64,000 bases of DNA from Cycas panzhihuaensis (Eukaryota > Plantae > Cycadophyta), in NCBI GenBank assembly GCA_023213395.1, contig CM041465.1, positions 71,865,741 through 71,929,740 on the forward strand. The letters run 5' to 3'. The notes under the pieces are model-generated. The model was not told the DNA's origin and did not search any database. It saw only the letters and a program-made list of their open reading frames with translations. Numbering within the stretch: position 1 is the first letter of the stretch; the number at the start of each line of letters is the position of its first letter. Positions 1 to 12,176 of the stretch are shown piece by piece. The position numbers were made by a program, and so were the translations under genes.

Positions 1-1247
1 AATAAGAACAATGATTTCTCTTGCTGCTCAAAAGGGTTGGGGAATCTATCAAATGGACGTCAAAAGTGCGTTCTTGAATGGAGACCTACAGGAAGAGGTG
101 TATATGTATCAACCAGGAGGATACATAAAACCAAGACAATAAAATATGGTTTGCAAATTGAAGAAGGCATTGTATGGGCTTAAACAAGCTCCAAGAGCCT
201 AGTATGCTAAATTAGATTCATACCTAACAGAGAATGGCTTTCATCAATGTGAATCTGATCATAGTCTGTATGTAAAGGGTAATTCAGGATCAATCTCTAT
301 TGTTATACTGTATGTGGACTACATGCTGATTACTGGAGATGACAAAAATTCAATAACATTCATCAAAGATAAGTTTGAAAAGGTATTTGAAATGACGGAT
401 TTAGGAATGCTGCATTATTACCTTGGAATAGAAATTAAACAAAACAATTCTTCCATTACTCTCTCACAAACAAAATATGTAAAGAACTTGCTGACCAAGT
501 TTGGAACGGAAAATTGTAATATTGTCAGCACACCAATGGAAACAGGGATTGTGTTGAATACAGAACAGGATGCAGCTTCAGTCGATGCCACACAATACAG
601 ACAACTAGTTGAAAGCTTAATCTATCTCACAACCACACGACCAAACATATCATATGCTGTAGGGTTGATTTCCAGATTCATGGAAAATCCTAAAATCCCA
701 CATTGGAATGCTGCAAAAAGAATCTTGCGTTACTTGAAAGGAACCATGAATCTTGGCCTGAGATATGATAAAGAAAACAATACACAATTAACAGGTCTCT
801 GCGATTCAGACTAGGCTGGAGACAAAATAGATAGAAAGTCAAGATCAGGGTATTGCTTCTTCCTTGGAAAATACTTGATTTCTTAGAGCAGTAAAAAATA
901 GTCAACGGTTGCATTGTCCTCAATGAGCGAGAATACAAGGCGTGATCAACGCCGCTTGTGAAGGAATATGGATTAGACAACTACTGAAAGAACTAGGAGA
1001 AGAACAAACAATGTCTACTCGAATACTTTGTGACAATCAAAGCACCATAAAAATGACGAAGAATCCTGTATTACATGCCAGAACAAAGCATATCGAGGTA
1101 CATCATCATTTTATCAGGGAAAAGGTACAGAATAGAGAAATCCAACTTCAGCACTATCCGTCAGAAGATCAAATTGCTGATATGCTCACTAAACCTCTTG
1201 GAAAAGAGAAATTCAGTGTCTTCAGAAACCTACTGGGGTTAAGATAG
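1..1247 (+). pseudogene. pol: Degenerate copia pol (reverse transcriptase + RNase H)
   Basis: ORFs 314-814 and 942-1247 plus upstream frame; several in-frame stops and a frameshift. Confidence 0.93.
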
Positions 1248-1266
1248 GTAAAACATTAAGAGGGGG

Positions 1267-1472
1267 TGTAAAAGGTAATGTTTTACCTTAGGTTATAATA
1301 TTTAATGTAAGGGTCATGTACCACTTTCTCCTCCTTTCTTAAGTTGACAAGTGGCATCACATGGTTGAGCGGTTGCCATTTGTACCCACCTTGTACTTGT
1401 ATATATATGTAACGAATCATCAATAAAGAACATTGAGAGAGTGAATTTATTCCTCATCAAGGTTTTGTTACA
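1267..1472 (+). repeat. Copia 3' LTR (206 bp)
   Basis: TGTAAAAGG...TTGTTACA directly after the PPT; about 92% identical by hand alignment to the 206-bp LTR at 62016-62221. Confidence 0.92.
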
Positions 1473-1618
1473 AATTCTGAGTCGCAATATAGAGGAGGCA
1501 TGATGACAAAGTCCTCCCATCCAGCTTGCTTGACTTTTACCTTGAAATCCTCTAGTAATTCTTTGAATTCTCCTTGGAGTTTCGGAAGATAGGTCTCCCG
1601 AATACCTATAATCTTCAT
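1473..1618 (-). pseudogene. N-terminus of the extra 3' ORF of element A, truncated by the copia insertion
   Basis: Reads MKIIGIRETYLPKLQGEFKELLEDFKVKVKQAGWEDF; homologous to MKTAGCQETFLPKLRKEFEGLP...QVGWGEY at 57322. Confidence 0.75.
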
Positions 1619-2149
1619 TTTCTAGGGCGTGTGTTCCTTAACTCGGACGATTGAGTGGGTCGTTCTTTCTTGGGGTTGTATTTAGCTCTGTCCATCCGTG
1701 TGTTTGAATGGCAGAATGATTCTACGATTCTTTTATTTATAATTCACTTTTTCTTATCCGTTCAGGTCGCATTCCTGTCTGGGAATGCATATAGTTCAGT
1801 CCATTCCATTTTTGGAACGGTTCCATTTTTTGGCCAATTTTTGTCTTTTTCGTTCCTTGGGAGGAACGTACCATCTTTTGCTAGTTCTCTTTGCCTGGTT
1901 ACATTCCAACTCAGGATGCAAGGTATAATTTTGTTTGACTTTTTGTCCAGGTATATGATTTTTGTGAGTTACAGTTAGTTTTTTTTTTTTGTTTTTTGAT
2001 TTTTTTGTAAGGATTTTTATGTTTATGTACCGATGTAGAGTCGTGGTGTCGATACTAGGACAACTTTAGTTGTCTACAACTTCACGCAACATGTATTATA
2101 CATCCAATTGACTCTTACTGGAGTTAATGGTGATATTTATTTAATCTAC

Positions 2150-5100
2150 TGTCGTTGACTAGGGTGGGCAGTTTATATTCATTCATGTCTTGCAGTTGGA
2201 CTGATCCGTTGTTATATATCTTTTTCCACCTGATAAGGTCCCAACCATCTCGGCTTCAGTTTTCCGGGATGGGTGCAAAATGTGTTGTCGTGTAATAGTA
2301 CTTATTCCCCTTCTTTGAATTGAGGGCATCTGAGGTGGCAGTCGTGCCATGCCTTTTGTCTCACTTTTTCAATTTCATGTAGCCATTTTGAATTTTGTCT
2401 ATCTTTGTTGAGTTGAATTAGTTTCCATAAGCATTCTCGCAAAGATTCAGTATCGTCCAATCGATAAGCCAAGGCAATCCTTAAACTAGGCATCTGAAAT
2501 TCAATGGGAAGTATGGCTTCCACCCCATACACTAACTTAAATGGGATATGTCCCGTGGCTTGCTTGTAAGTGGTGCGAAATGCCCATAGGATAGACGGTT
2601 GTTTTTCTACCCAATTGGATCTACCGATATCGCATGGCTTTCGTAGGCAATTCTCTAGAATCTTATTCAAGCTTTCTGCTTGTCCATTTGCACGAGGGTA
2701 GTATGGCATGGATTTGTGATGAGTTATTAGAAATGTTTTCGTTAATTCTTTGATCACCTCATTCAGGAAGTGGGCTCCTTGATCACTAATCAACTCGATA
2801 GGACATCCGAACCTAGTAATGATATCCTCATAAAGAAATTCGGTTGTACTTGCTAAATCTGCTTTCCGTAGTGGCCTCACTTCCACCCATTTTGTGGCAT
2901 AATCCATGGCTACCAAAATATAACGTGCTTGTGTTCTTCTTGCAACGAGCTTGATTGGTCTAATAAAATCTAGGCCCCATTTTTCAAAGGGTGCCAAAGG
3001 AAGGATTGGATTCAAAGGATTAAAATCTCGTCGATTAGGTTTCTCTACCCTTTAACAATAGTCGCATTTTTCACCCAATCTTTTACATCTTCAAACATGG
3101 TTGGCCACCAAAATTTGGCTATTAAGAATTTTCTTTGTGTATTCTTCATCCTTGCGTGTCCTCCGATGATAACCTCATGGGCCTGAGATATCACCTGGTT
3201 TACTTCGTGCGAACGAATGCATCGATGCAAAACATCATCAGGCCCTAGTCGATATAATTCTCCCCCAATTAATTGGTAAGGCTCTGCTTTCCTCACTAAG
3301 TTTCATTTTTGCACCTTATCCATGGTAGGTAGACATTTCCTTGTAACTAAAAATTCCATTATGTCCTGGTACTATTCTATGCGAACTGATTCCACATTGA
3401 AGAGTGTTGCATTCAAAAAGTCGTCTAAGACTCCCACCGCCTTTTCTCTGTTATGTATTCTCAAAAGTTGATCAGGAATAATATGGGCTTTCCCTAGTTT
3501 TACTATGATCCAAAAAGTAAACTCTTGGAATAATATCAACCAACGACTAATACACCTTCTCAACAACGGTTTGTTTACTAGGTACATGAGTGCCTTATGA
3601 TCTACGTAAAATATGAAAGGATTTGCCAATAAATAATGGTAAAACTTTAGGGTGTACACCATTCCAAGCCCTTCCCTTTTCGTCATCGTGTAATTTTGTT
3701 CGACCTTGGTTAATTTCCAACTGGCGAAGTATATGGGTCTATCCACGTTGTTGTCCTCAGGTTGTGCTAGAACACATCCAATTGCATACTGGGAGGCGTT
3801 GACGTACACATGGAAAATTTTATTCCAATCTAGAAAATGTAGTACAGGGGCTAATGCTATTGCGCGTTTTAAGGCTTCAAACGCTCTTTATTGGTCTGGC
3901 CCCCATTGCTAGTCTATTTCTTTCCTCAAGAGGTCTTCTAATGGTCTTGCTATCTGAGCATATCCCTTAACAAATTTTTGATAATATCCAGTTAACCCTA
4001 GGAATCCTTTCACTTGTCGTTGGTTTTGGGGTTGGGGAAAATGTAAAATAGCTACTATCTTGGTTGGATCTGTCATTATTCCTTCTTTACTCACGACATG
4101 ACCCAAAAGGTTGCCAAAAGGTATCAAGAAGGTGCATTTCTCTAAGTTTAGGCATAACATGTTTTCCCTACAAGTTTGCAATATTATCCTCAAGTTTTCT
4201 ATATGATTTTTCATCACTCTGTATATAGTCCAGTCATCCAAAAATACTGCAACTATTTCCCCAATCAATTTTCTAAATATATTGAGCACTATCCTTTGGA
4301 AAGTTGTTGAAGTATTTGTAAGTCCAAACAACATAACTCGATATGCATTATGAAGGTAGTTTTATGTTGACCCTCAAGTGCAATACTCACTTGATTATAA
4401 CTATTGAATCCATCTGTGAAGAAGTAGACCTCTTTCCTCCTATGGTTTCAAGAATATCTTCCGTGAAGGGAATCTGAAAGGGGTCTTTTTTGGTAACCTT
4501 GTTGAGTTGTCTATAATCCATGCATACTTGAATTTTCTCATTTTTCATGGGTACGACCACAACAAGACTTACCCAGTCACTATATTGAATCTCGTATATA
4601 TATCCTGCTTCCAACATCTTGTCTAACTCTGCTTTCACTTTTTCTTTATATCATGGATTCATTCTATAAGGTCTCTATTTTACTGGTTTTGCTTCTTCAA
4701 TCAAGTCAATGTAGTGCATCCCAATTTCTGGTGGGATTCCCTTGAGGTCTTTGTGAGACCAGGCGAAAACATCTCGGTATTCTTCGAATAACACTTAAGC
4801 TTCTGCCACTGTTTTCTCATCCCAATAGTCGTCGATAGTGATATTCTTGGGGTTTGTCTCTATCCCAAGGTTTATTTGGGTTGTTTTAGGTTCCCTGTGT
4901 TGATTTTCTTTCCTCAATTGATGAGCAGGCGTGTCCTCTATATCTTGTTGCTTATATCTTAATTATGTGTGCTCTGGAGGTAAGTTTCGGGTTTCCTCGT
5001 TCTCCCCCCTCTTCATTATCGTTGTATTTTGCATCTTTAATGTTTTCAATTGACATTGATTTTTTTTCTACTTCCCTACTTATATCCCTTATATTCTTTA

Positions 5101-6700
5101 GTACCTTATGGATTATCTGATTATTGGAAAAGCATGAGAAGGCTTTGGTAAATGAATGCTCCATGTCTTTCCATACTACTAGTTGAACTTGTTCTTGTTT
5201 TAAAAACCATGTCTTTGCTAAGGTTCCCAATGTATGAATAAAAAGATGGCTCCAATGTAGCTTAGGAATGCTCCAATGCTTCCATAGCCGTCTGCACCTA
5301 AGGAGATGCTTGCTAGGGCATTCTCCTACCAAAAATCCTGCAATTAATAAGTTCTAAGGTGGGTTGAATCTACGCCTAAAAGATGATTGCAAACTTTCCC
5401 AGGCCCGAAAGGTATGGTGATGGGCAATATACCACCATCGTGCATGATCACAGAGAGTGGTTACAAAGTCAAAGATCCATTGGGTTTTGTCTAGTATCCT
5501 ATAGTGCAACCAATGTTCCATGCATTGGATTAAATGTTTTGTTCCTTCCATTTTCTTCCCTAGAAATGAAGGTAGTTGTTATTGCCTTTTAGTTCTATCT
5601 TCTGGTATGAGTTTAGTGAGGTGGTTGTTTTCTGCCAACCTTCAGAGATTATCTTCCATTTTGGCATCACTATGAGGGTTCACAGAAAGGGATCTTGGGG
5701 AGTTTAGGAGGGAATTTTGGGTAGGAATGGGGTTTTGTACCTCAACCTCTTGGTTTCTAGTGGAAGGGTTTGGAAGGTTCTCCCCAGAGTCGAGAAGGAG
5801 ATTGGCCAGATCTCCCGAATCGGCTTTGGGGAAGGGGAGTGGGGATGAGGGGTTAGAGAGGGGGTAGGGATGGGAATAAGATGAAAAAGGTGTCCTAGGA
5901 GTTAGTAAATTTACATGCACTTTATTGTTTACTTGAAATTCAACTTTCACTAAGTTATTATCTAATGATTCATTAAGATTTTTGACACACATATAATCTA
6001 AATTGTTAATTGATTCATTGTCAATTGAAAAATATTTTGATAACAAATTACAACGAAATGAAGAGGGTTGTACTTCATACGAGTTATCCATCCAATATCT
6101 GACCATATTATTGGTTTCGTCTTCGTCTGATGATGCTTCTGATGGCAATTCCCCATAAATATTGGGTTCGTATTCCTGGGCATCATTCATATGCGAGATC
6201 TCTTCTATCTTGTGGTATAAGTTGGCTTCATCGAAGGTGGATGAGGTTTCTTAAGTCGCAATTGTTGTACTAGAGGCCTCGTCCAGAATCACCTCCACTG
6301 TGTACTTGCCCTTCACCAGCATAGGAAGAATGACCTCATTTCCTCCATCCGTAAGAGTGAAGGTTACATCTCTCCAACTCTGCAAACATTCTGTCTGGTA
6401 TAACCATGATCTTCCTAACAACACCGGGTAGGTGACCATGTCTTTGACGGTATCGACAATTGTGAAGTTGACAGGGACGATAATGCTGGCTACGTTCACT
6501 TGAATGTTCTCCAATCATTCCACTGGTTTGACAAATAGTTCATTGGCCAACTTCAACAAGTAATTTGTAGGTGATAGTTGTGGGTTTCCTAGCTTTTTCC
6601 ATGTCTAGGTTGGCAGTTGTTCACGGCTGCTCCTTTGTCTACAATAACATTTTTCAAGTTTACCCCTAAAATGCTTATATCCACTGGCGGGTCCAAATCG
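2150..6700 (-). pseudogene. pol: Degenerate pol of element A (protease, spacer, two capsid-like modules, RT, RNase H, integrase)
   Basis: ORF fragments 6251-6514, 5354-5551, 4952-5332, 4387-4638, 3909-4334, 3372-3809, 3045-3296 and 2302-3015 carry the canonical domain motifs. Confidence 0.92.
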
Positions 6701-8813
6701 CAGGATGGTTTGATCTTATGTAAGCTTTGAGAGGCTTCTTTTAGATGTATTTTTCCTCCTTTTATCCATTCAATGACTCTTCCCAATGGAATGGTTAGGT
6801 TTAATTGATTAACTGAGTCTTCCATGAGCATCAATTTTTGCAAAAGTTCTTCCATCTTAGGGGTTTCTCTTAAATTTTCCGACAATGCTTGCTCTTCCAC
6901 TTTCTCGTTCCTCCTTCAATACACTTGTTTTATTTATGCTTTCTCTATAGGTAGTTATTTGCTTGCTTCCTCCTATATAGCTTCTTCCAATGCTTTTTTG
7001 GCAGTAGCAAAACAGTCAATTTCCACCCTTGGATTAGGATAGTCCTTTTCTCCCTCATTCTTTGAATTTTGGAGATTAACGTTTTTTGGAGATCCTGGTA
7101 TAATCGTAACTCCATTTACGGATTTGTCCTTGCCTTTGCACTCCTCGATGGTCTGAGTGCTTGGGCCACAATTCTTGCAGAGATATGAACATTCCTTTTG
7201 AATTTTCACTACTGGGCAATCTAATTTCTAGTGCCCATATTCCAAACATATTAAACATCTTCCCAATGGAGGTTTCTTCTTTGGGTTTTCCGGTTGTGTC
7301 CTTGTGTATATCGTTCGAGTATTCAAATTGTTTCTTCCCCGCCCTCTTCCTCAAGCATTTGTGCCTCTGGTGTTGAAGTAACATTCCCGAGTATTGTGTA
7401 TCCCTTGGTTGCAAATGTGGCACCAAGTGTTTGGTTTACGATTTCGTGCATTGCACTCACATTCCTTTGTGGTGTGAGTATTTTCCTCACAGATATGGCA
7501 CCATTTTTCTATTGGGAGTTCTTTACCCCAATGTTTGCCAGAATCTTCTCCATAGCTATCTTGAGGTTGTAACTTCAATCTGGCCACTTCCTTTCTAAGG
7601 GCTTCTATTTCTGCATTTTCCTTTGTTTTAGTCATTTGAAATAGAGGTCTATTAAGATTTTGTGTCTTCAACTTGTTTATTTCCTCTTGCAACCTCATGA
7701 CCAAGGGGTCATAGGCTGTCCTCTTGGTGTCTATCTCCTTTTCAAAGTCCAGGGCCAATTCTTATGCATGCTTGTATGACTTAAGGGATGCGACACCATT
7801 GCATTCCTTAGCTTGGTGTTTAACCTATTTACAAAGAAAGTATGCATACTCAAGTCTGTGATTTTCTCATTATTTGTCATAGTAGTAGCAATCATGTCTA
7901 TTCTACTAATGTATGTCATGACAGATTCTCCTGGCTTCTATTCAAATCCCCTTAAGGTTAATTCTATAATATCGTTATCACGGTATTTTCAGAATCTTGC
8001 TTCAAACTCCCTTTTAATTTCATCCCATGCTTTGTGTGGGTCTAATTGCTTATAGCATGCTAATGGTACTCCCCTTAATGAATATGTGAATCTCTCCTTG
8101 ATTTTAGCTTCATGTGTGATTTTTTCAAGATTAATCAATTTTTGGAATAGGTAGATGTGTTCTGCAGCATTGGTAGAGTCATCAAAAATGAGTTTTCCAA
8201 ATTCCCTGTGGTGTGCCATTGTAGACCTATTCCTCCCCTCCTCCCTTCGAGGTGGAGTTGTTGCCTTTACTTCGGGAAACTTCTTGTAGAGTCTCCTTGG
8301 TGGTGTTTCTTCCCTACTATTCCCTTTCCCAAACAAAGGATTACGTATGGGTGATTTTAGTTGAATTGCCCCCAGTACTCCGGGTATTTCCGTTGCTACT
8401 GGAGTTGTTATTATATATGATTGATCCTCACTTCCCTCTAGTGGATCTTCAAAGAGTTGTCTAATCAAATGATTTTCCCAATGTGCCTGGGGACCTTCCT
8501 CCGCCTTTTCCTCATTACCACTCAGGTCCTTCGGAGTAGAGTCCAAACTTTGTTCCGCTTCAGGGTTATTTGTTTCTTCTTCTTCCCGCTTAATATCCTT
8601 CCCTTTATTGTGATATTTCTCTAGAGCAGGTGTGATTGTCATGGGATCCTCTCGGTCTCTATCTTCTATTTCTTGTGGTGTCTGGGCTCCACTTGCTTCA
8701 GATCCTTCCACTGATTCATTTTGGTCTTCTTTTTTATCAATACTTAATCTCTTTGCTCTCCTTAGCTTCTTTTCTCGGGACCATCTTAAGGCTCTCCGCC
8801 TGCTTGATCCCAT
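6701..8813 (-). pseudogene. gag: Degenerate gag of element A
   Basis: ORF 7989-8813 contains a Retrotrans_gag-like stretch (EHIYLF...FTYSLRGVPLACY...WDEIKREFEARF); CCHC knuckles at about 7130-7510. Confidence 0.85.
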
Positions 8814-8988
8814 TATTCCCTAAGGTTTTGTTTGTGACTCCTCTGCCTTCGAAGGACGTTTAGATGGCATTGGAAGGTCCCCCTGGCTGTCTAGGCTTAG
8901 TTAGAGCCTACCATCACTGTGACAGCCAGGGTGACTTGTCTTTTGCACATGAATTTTCTAGTTTATCTTCCCTCCACTAGTGGACTTA

Positions 8989-9001
8989 GGCAACAGAACC
9001 A
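8989..9001 (-). other. Primer binding site, tRNA-Glu-like
   Basis: Minus strand reads TGGTTCTGTTGCC one base after the LTR's terminal CA; 12/13 complementary to the plant tRNA-Glu 3' end (GGCAACGGAACCA) as I recall it. Confidence 0.65.
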
Positions 9002-9002
9002 A

Positions 9003-9674
9003 TGTTAACTCAATGATTTGCTCCTCTTTGCAAGATCTTTACTTGTAAAGGATTTCCACTATAGTCTAGGGTGTGTACACGTGGTCAACATACAAAATCT
9101 TCATTTATTAAGCCACATAAGTCCACAAGTAACTCATACAAATACATTCACCATGCATTCCTTAATGAGTACACATGCTTTTCCACGTAACTCTATTATT
9201 TTATTGGACAAGATATTACATCATACAAGATCCATTCCCGTCTAATTGGTTAATCGTACCAGATCAAGTACCATTGGATTCACTAACTCGGCTCTCACAT
9301 CCATCCCAATGGGTAGATGTGTTTAAATACACTATACATCCCTATCACGAAACGGTTGCATCTACAGTCACAACTGTCCATTCTTCTGAATGGATGCCTG
9401 TTCAGTCCTTAACCACTTTAGTTAATCTCTTAGTATGTCTTCCATTCGCACAGTTGTCCATGTGTCACATCCATTCCTTTTTGTTTGTTGTGTTCCTATT
9501 GTCTAGCGTCTGTTCGTTGCATTCCTTTTGTACAACATTCGTTCCTGTGGCGGGATGGACTGCATTCCAGGCTCTATTTCATCTGTTCTCTATCCCAAAT
9601 GCATGTCGATTGGTTGCTTTGCAAAATACCCATTGATTCTTCATACATTCCTTTCCCCGAATGCACCAGTGTCA
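9003..9674 (-). repeat. 5' LTR of element A (about 670 bp)
   Basis: Inner end fixed by the PBS (…GTTAACA on minus). Outer end inferred from TGACAC on minus; no partner LTR in the window. Confidence 0.6.
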
Positions 9675-11265
9675 ATTATAACCGCAACGTCGGAAAGTAA
9701 AGTAAAGTAGTTAATACTAATGGCAACCAGTGTGGTGGAAGCCACCAACATTCACATCGTAGCAAGATTTGCATGCAAATCAAGATGATTTGAGAGTAAT
9801 GATAATAATGACAAACGGCATTGGGAGTAGTGGAGGTGGCGACAAGTGGTCGATATGCACGACAAACGGTAATCACGAGATGATTTTGTTGCAACTCAAT
9901 TATTGCAACCCATAATTGAAATGATGGTGGTAGATAGAACACAAGAGAGTAAGAATTGTAACAGAAATGCAAGTTGAAGAATAGAAGAGTTGAGAAGTAA
10001 CAACAAAAACTAGACATGAAAAACACCTTGGATATTCGCACTAATTTTTGAGAGATGGATGATGATTGAATCATAGAAAAATAAATTTGACGAAGGTAGG
10101 ATTTGCCCAGTATGAGCCACTAGGATTGTTTCTGATAGCACATGATTTTTTGTCATCTACAATTGGTTTGATAATATGCCAGCCTAATTTGTTGGATATC
10201 TTCGTAATTGCCATTGTGCAGATCTTGGGTTTACCTGATTCAGGTGAGGAGGTACCCAAGGATAAAAGAATTTCTCGAGAATAGGCAGCAAAACAACTAG
10301 GTGCTCAGGTATCAGATATCTCCATGTCTAGGATACAAATCATAGGGATTGCAGATGAACACAAGCGTTGGGTGGCTTATTTCCTCTTCACTCGAGTTGT
10401 TTTGAGCCAAAAGAACTTGTATGTGCCTATGGAGATGAGATTGATGCTTCTGAGAGTGGCACAAGGAGATAAGTTTATTTGGGCTTCATTTTTGTCGGGT
10501 AAGCTATCAGAAAAATTAGACAACATTAAGGCTAGTACGCAATCCATGGTATTTTACCATCAGACCTTCTTCCAAGGACTGTTGGATAAACTATTTCAGA
10601 GAACAGGAAAGGTTTCGAGGAGCCCACTCAAGAAAAGGTGAAGGAATGGTTTCTATGGAAAAGTCACATAAACAACTCCCAACCATCACTATAGGAGGTG
10701 AATCAAAATGAAGGGCAGCAGGAAGAGGCAACGTCACTAGCCGAAGGAGCATAATAAAAACAGAAGGATATTGTTGAAGAAACCGAAATGAGGGAGAAAA
10801 ACAAAAGAGAGGAAATTAGAAGGGGTAAACAAAATGTAGGAGATGTTGGGGTGACAATCAAGTAGGAAATCCTAGAGGAGGAACTTTAGCCAGCTCAATA
10901 GTCAAACAAGCCCGCAAATATAAAAGTGGAAAGGAGTAAGAGAAGGAAACTTGCGGTAGAAAAAGCAAAGCAGGAAATAATTGGAATCTTAAATAATCAG
11001 CCAACTGAGGTAGATTTTGATTTCAATGGAGAAGAATTTGTGGAAGAGGGAATTGATCCAATGAAGTGCCAACCAAATAATGTGTCACACTGGAAAATTT
11101 CATTCTTGGCTAAAGTAATCTGATAGTTGGTGAGTGAATCAAAAGTCCATAATAAACGGTCACCCCCAGATTTGTGTTGGATTCAAAAAGTAGAAGATCA
11201 ATCGATGGCCTGCGAAGCAAAATTGGAGTTTCTGATCAAATTTATCATGCATTGGGTTGGGGATA
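9675..11265 (+). mobile_element. 3' remnant of a B-family non-chromoviral gypsy ('B2'): 3' UTR and extra ORF
   Basis: Translation of 10016-11265 is collinear with the extra ORF of element B at 41568-43461 (e.g. LGLPDSGEEVPKDKRISRE vs IGLLNEGEDIPQDKQIPRE; KFIMHWVGD vs KFIIDWVDD). Confidence 0.8.
10016..11265 (+). pseudogene. Degenerate extra 3' ORF of gypsy B2 (PMD/plant-transposon-protein-like N-terminus, charged C-terminus)
   Basis: ORFs 10066-10284, 10324-10641 and 10926-11123; truncated at 11265 by an LTR. Confidence 0.65.
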
Positions 11266-11568
11266 TGTTAGAATATAATGTTTAATGAGTCCTAGAGTCA
11301 ATAGTATTAGAATGGTCTGTCGTTAGTTAAGTTAGTTTGGGTCAAAGCAATAGTCCCACATGCATTACTTTTGATGTATACCCTCTCACCTATTACATAT
11401 ATAAAGGTGGCTAAAGGTAATAATAAAAACAAGAAGTTATCACAGAGACTCACATAGAGTCCATGGTATGGTTGAAGTTTTGATATAATCTGTTGATGTT
11501 GAGTTGTGATTCTTGTCCATTACGATTGTTTGGTGTTAGTTGATGAATGCTTTCCATGTTATTTAACA
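11266..11568 (+). repeat. 5' LTR (303 bp)
   Basis: TGTTAGAA...TTTAACA with TATATAAA at about 11398; interrupts the B2 ORF and is immediately followed by a PBS. Confidence 0.8.
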
Positions 11569-11580
11569 TGGTATCAGAGC
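11569..11580 (+). other. Primer binding site (tRNA-iMet)
   Basis: TGGTATCAGAGC directly after the LTR's CA. Confidence 0.9.
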
Positions 11581-12176
11581 AAGTCATCCTATTGTAAGAA
11601 GAAGAGTGAGAAGATTGAGAGAAGAGAATTCCAGTGAAGGGTAGAGCATTGAACCAAGGAGGTGGCTCTACAGATGCGTTTCTGTTGGGTTGAGGATTTG
11701 TTTTTTGAAGACACCAGTCAAGCCAAGGTTGATAGAAGATAAAATCTCTCTGGGTAATACTGTTCCTTTGATTATTTTGAAGAAAGAAACTTGTGTTGAT
11801 GTGAATTTTTGATGACATATGGATAGCCTTTGAATTCCATCTGAAAATAAAGGGGTTGTACCAGCTAGACTTGTGCTAAAATACTGAGTAAAATCAATTC
11901 CTAAGTATTTATAAAATCTGTGTATGGGGATAAAGGTTTATGGATGAAAGAAGATCTTATCATCCAAAAAATTAGCCCTCTGTTTCTTTCTCTTGTATCT
12001 TTTCAATTTTGTGGTCCCACCATAATAAATTCGGACAAATCCAAGAAATGAGTAGGAGGTGAGGTTACTGAGATGAGAATTGTGTTGGAGGTTGTGGAGA
12101 TCGGACGAATTCTCTCTTTTCATTGACCATGTCTCGCAAAATGGCGAGATCTCTTAATCTTTGTCTTTGGGAATGT

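Larger units (their letters stand above)
1..1472 (+). mobile_element. Ty1/copia LTR retrotransposon, 3' part (RT, RNase H, PPT, 3' LTR); 5' part outside window
   Basis: Copia RT motifs QMDVKSAFLNG, LYGLKQAPR, YVDYML and RNase H DSD*AG, CDNQS, RTKHIEV, QIADMLTK; purine tract AAGAGGGGG precedes a TG...CA LTR at 1267-1472. Confidence 0.95.
1473..9674 (-). mobile_element. Non-chromoviral Ty3/gypsy element 'A' (Athila/Phygy/Selgy-like); 3' end interrupted by the copia
   Basis: Minus-strand order: LTR, PBS, gag (8813), zinc knuckles, protease (IVDKGAAVN), RT (FLDDW), RNase H, integrase (PFEKWGLDF, GPY), extra ORF. No chromodomain. Confidence 0.9.

Noticed and set aside
9018-10074. ORFs 9175-9636, 9676-10074 and neighbours as novel genes
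   Set aside because: They lie in an LTR/UTR, are low-complexity or hydrophobic shadow frames, and have no recognisable domain.
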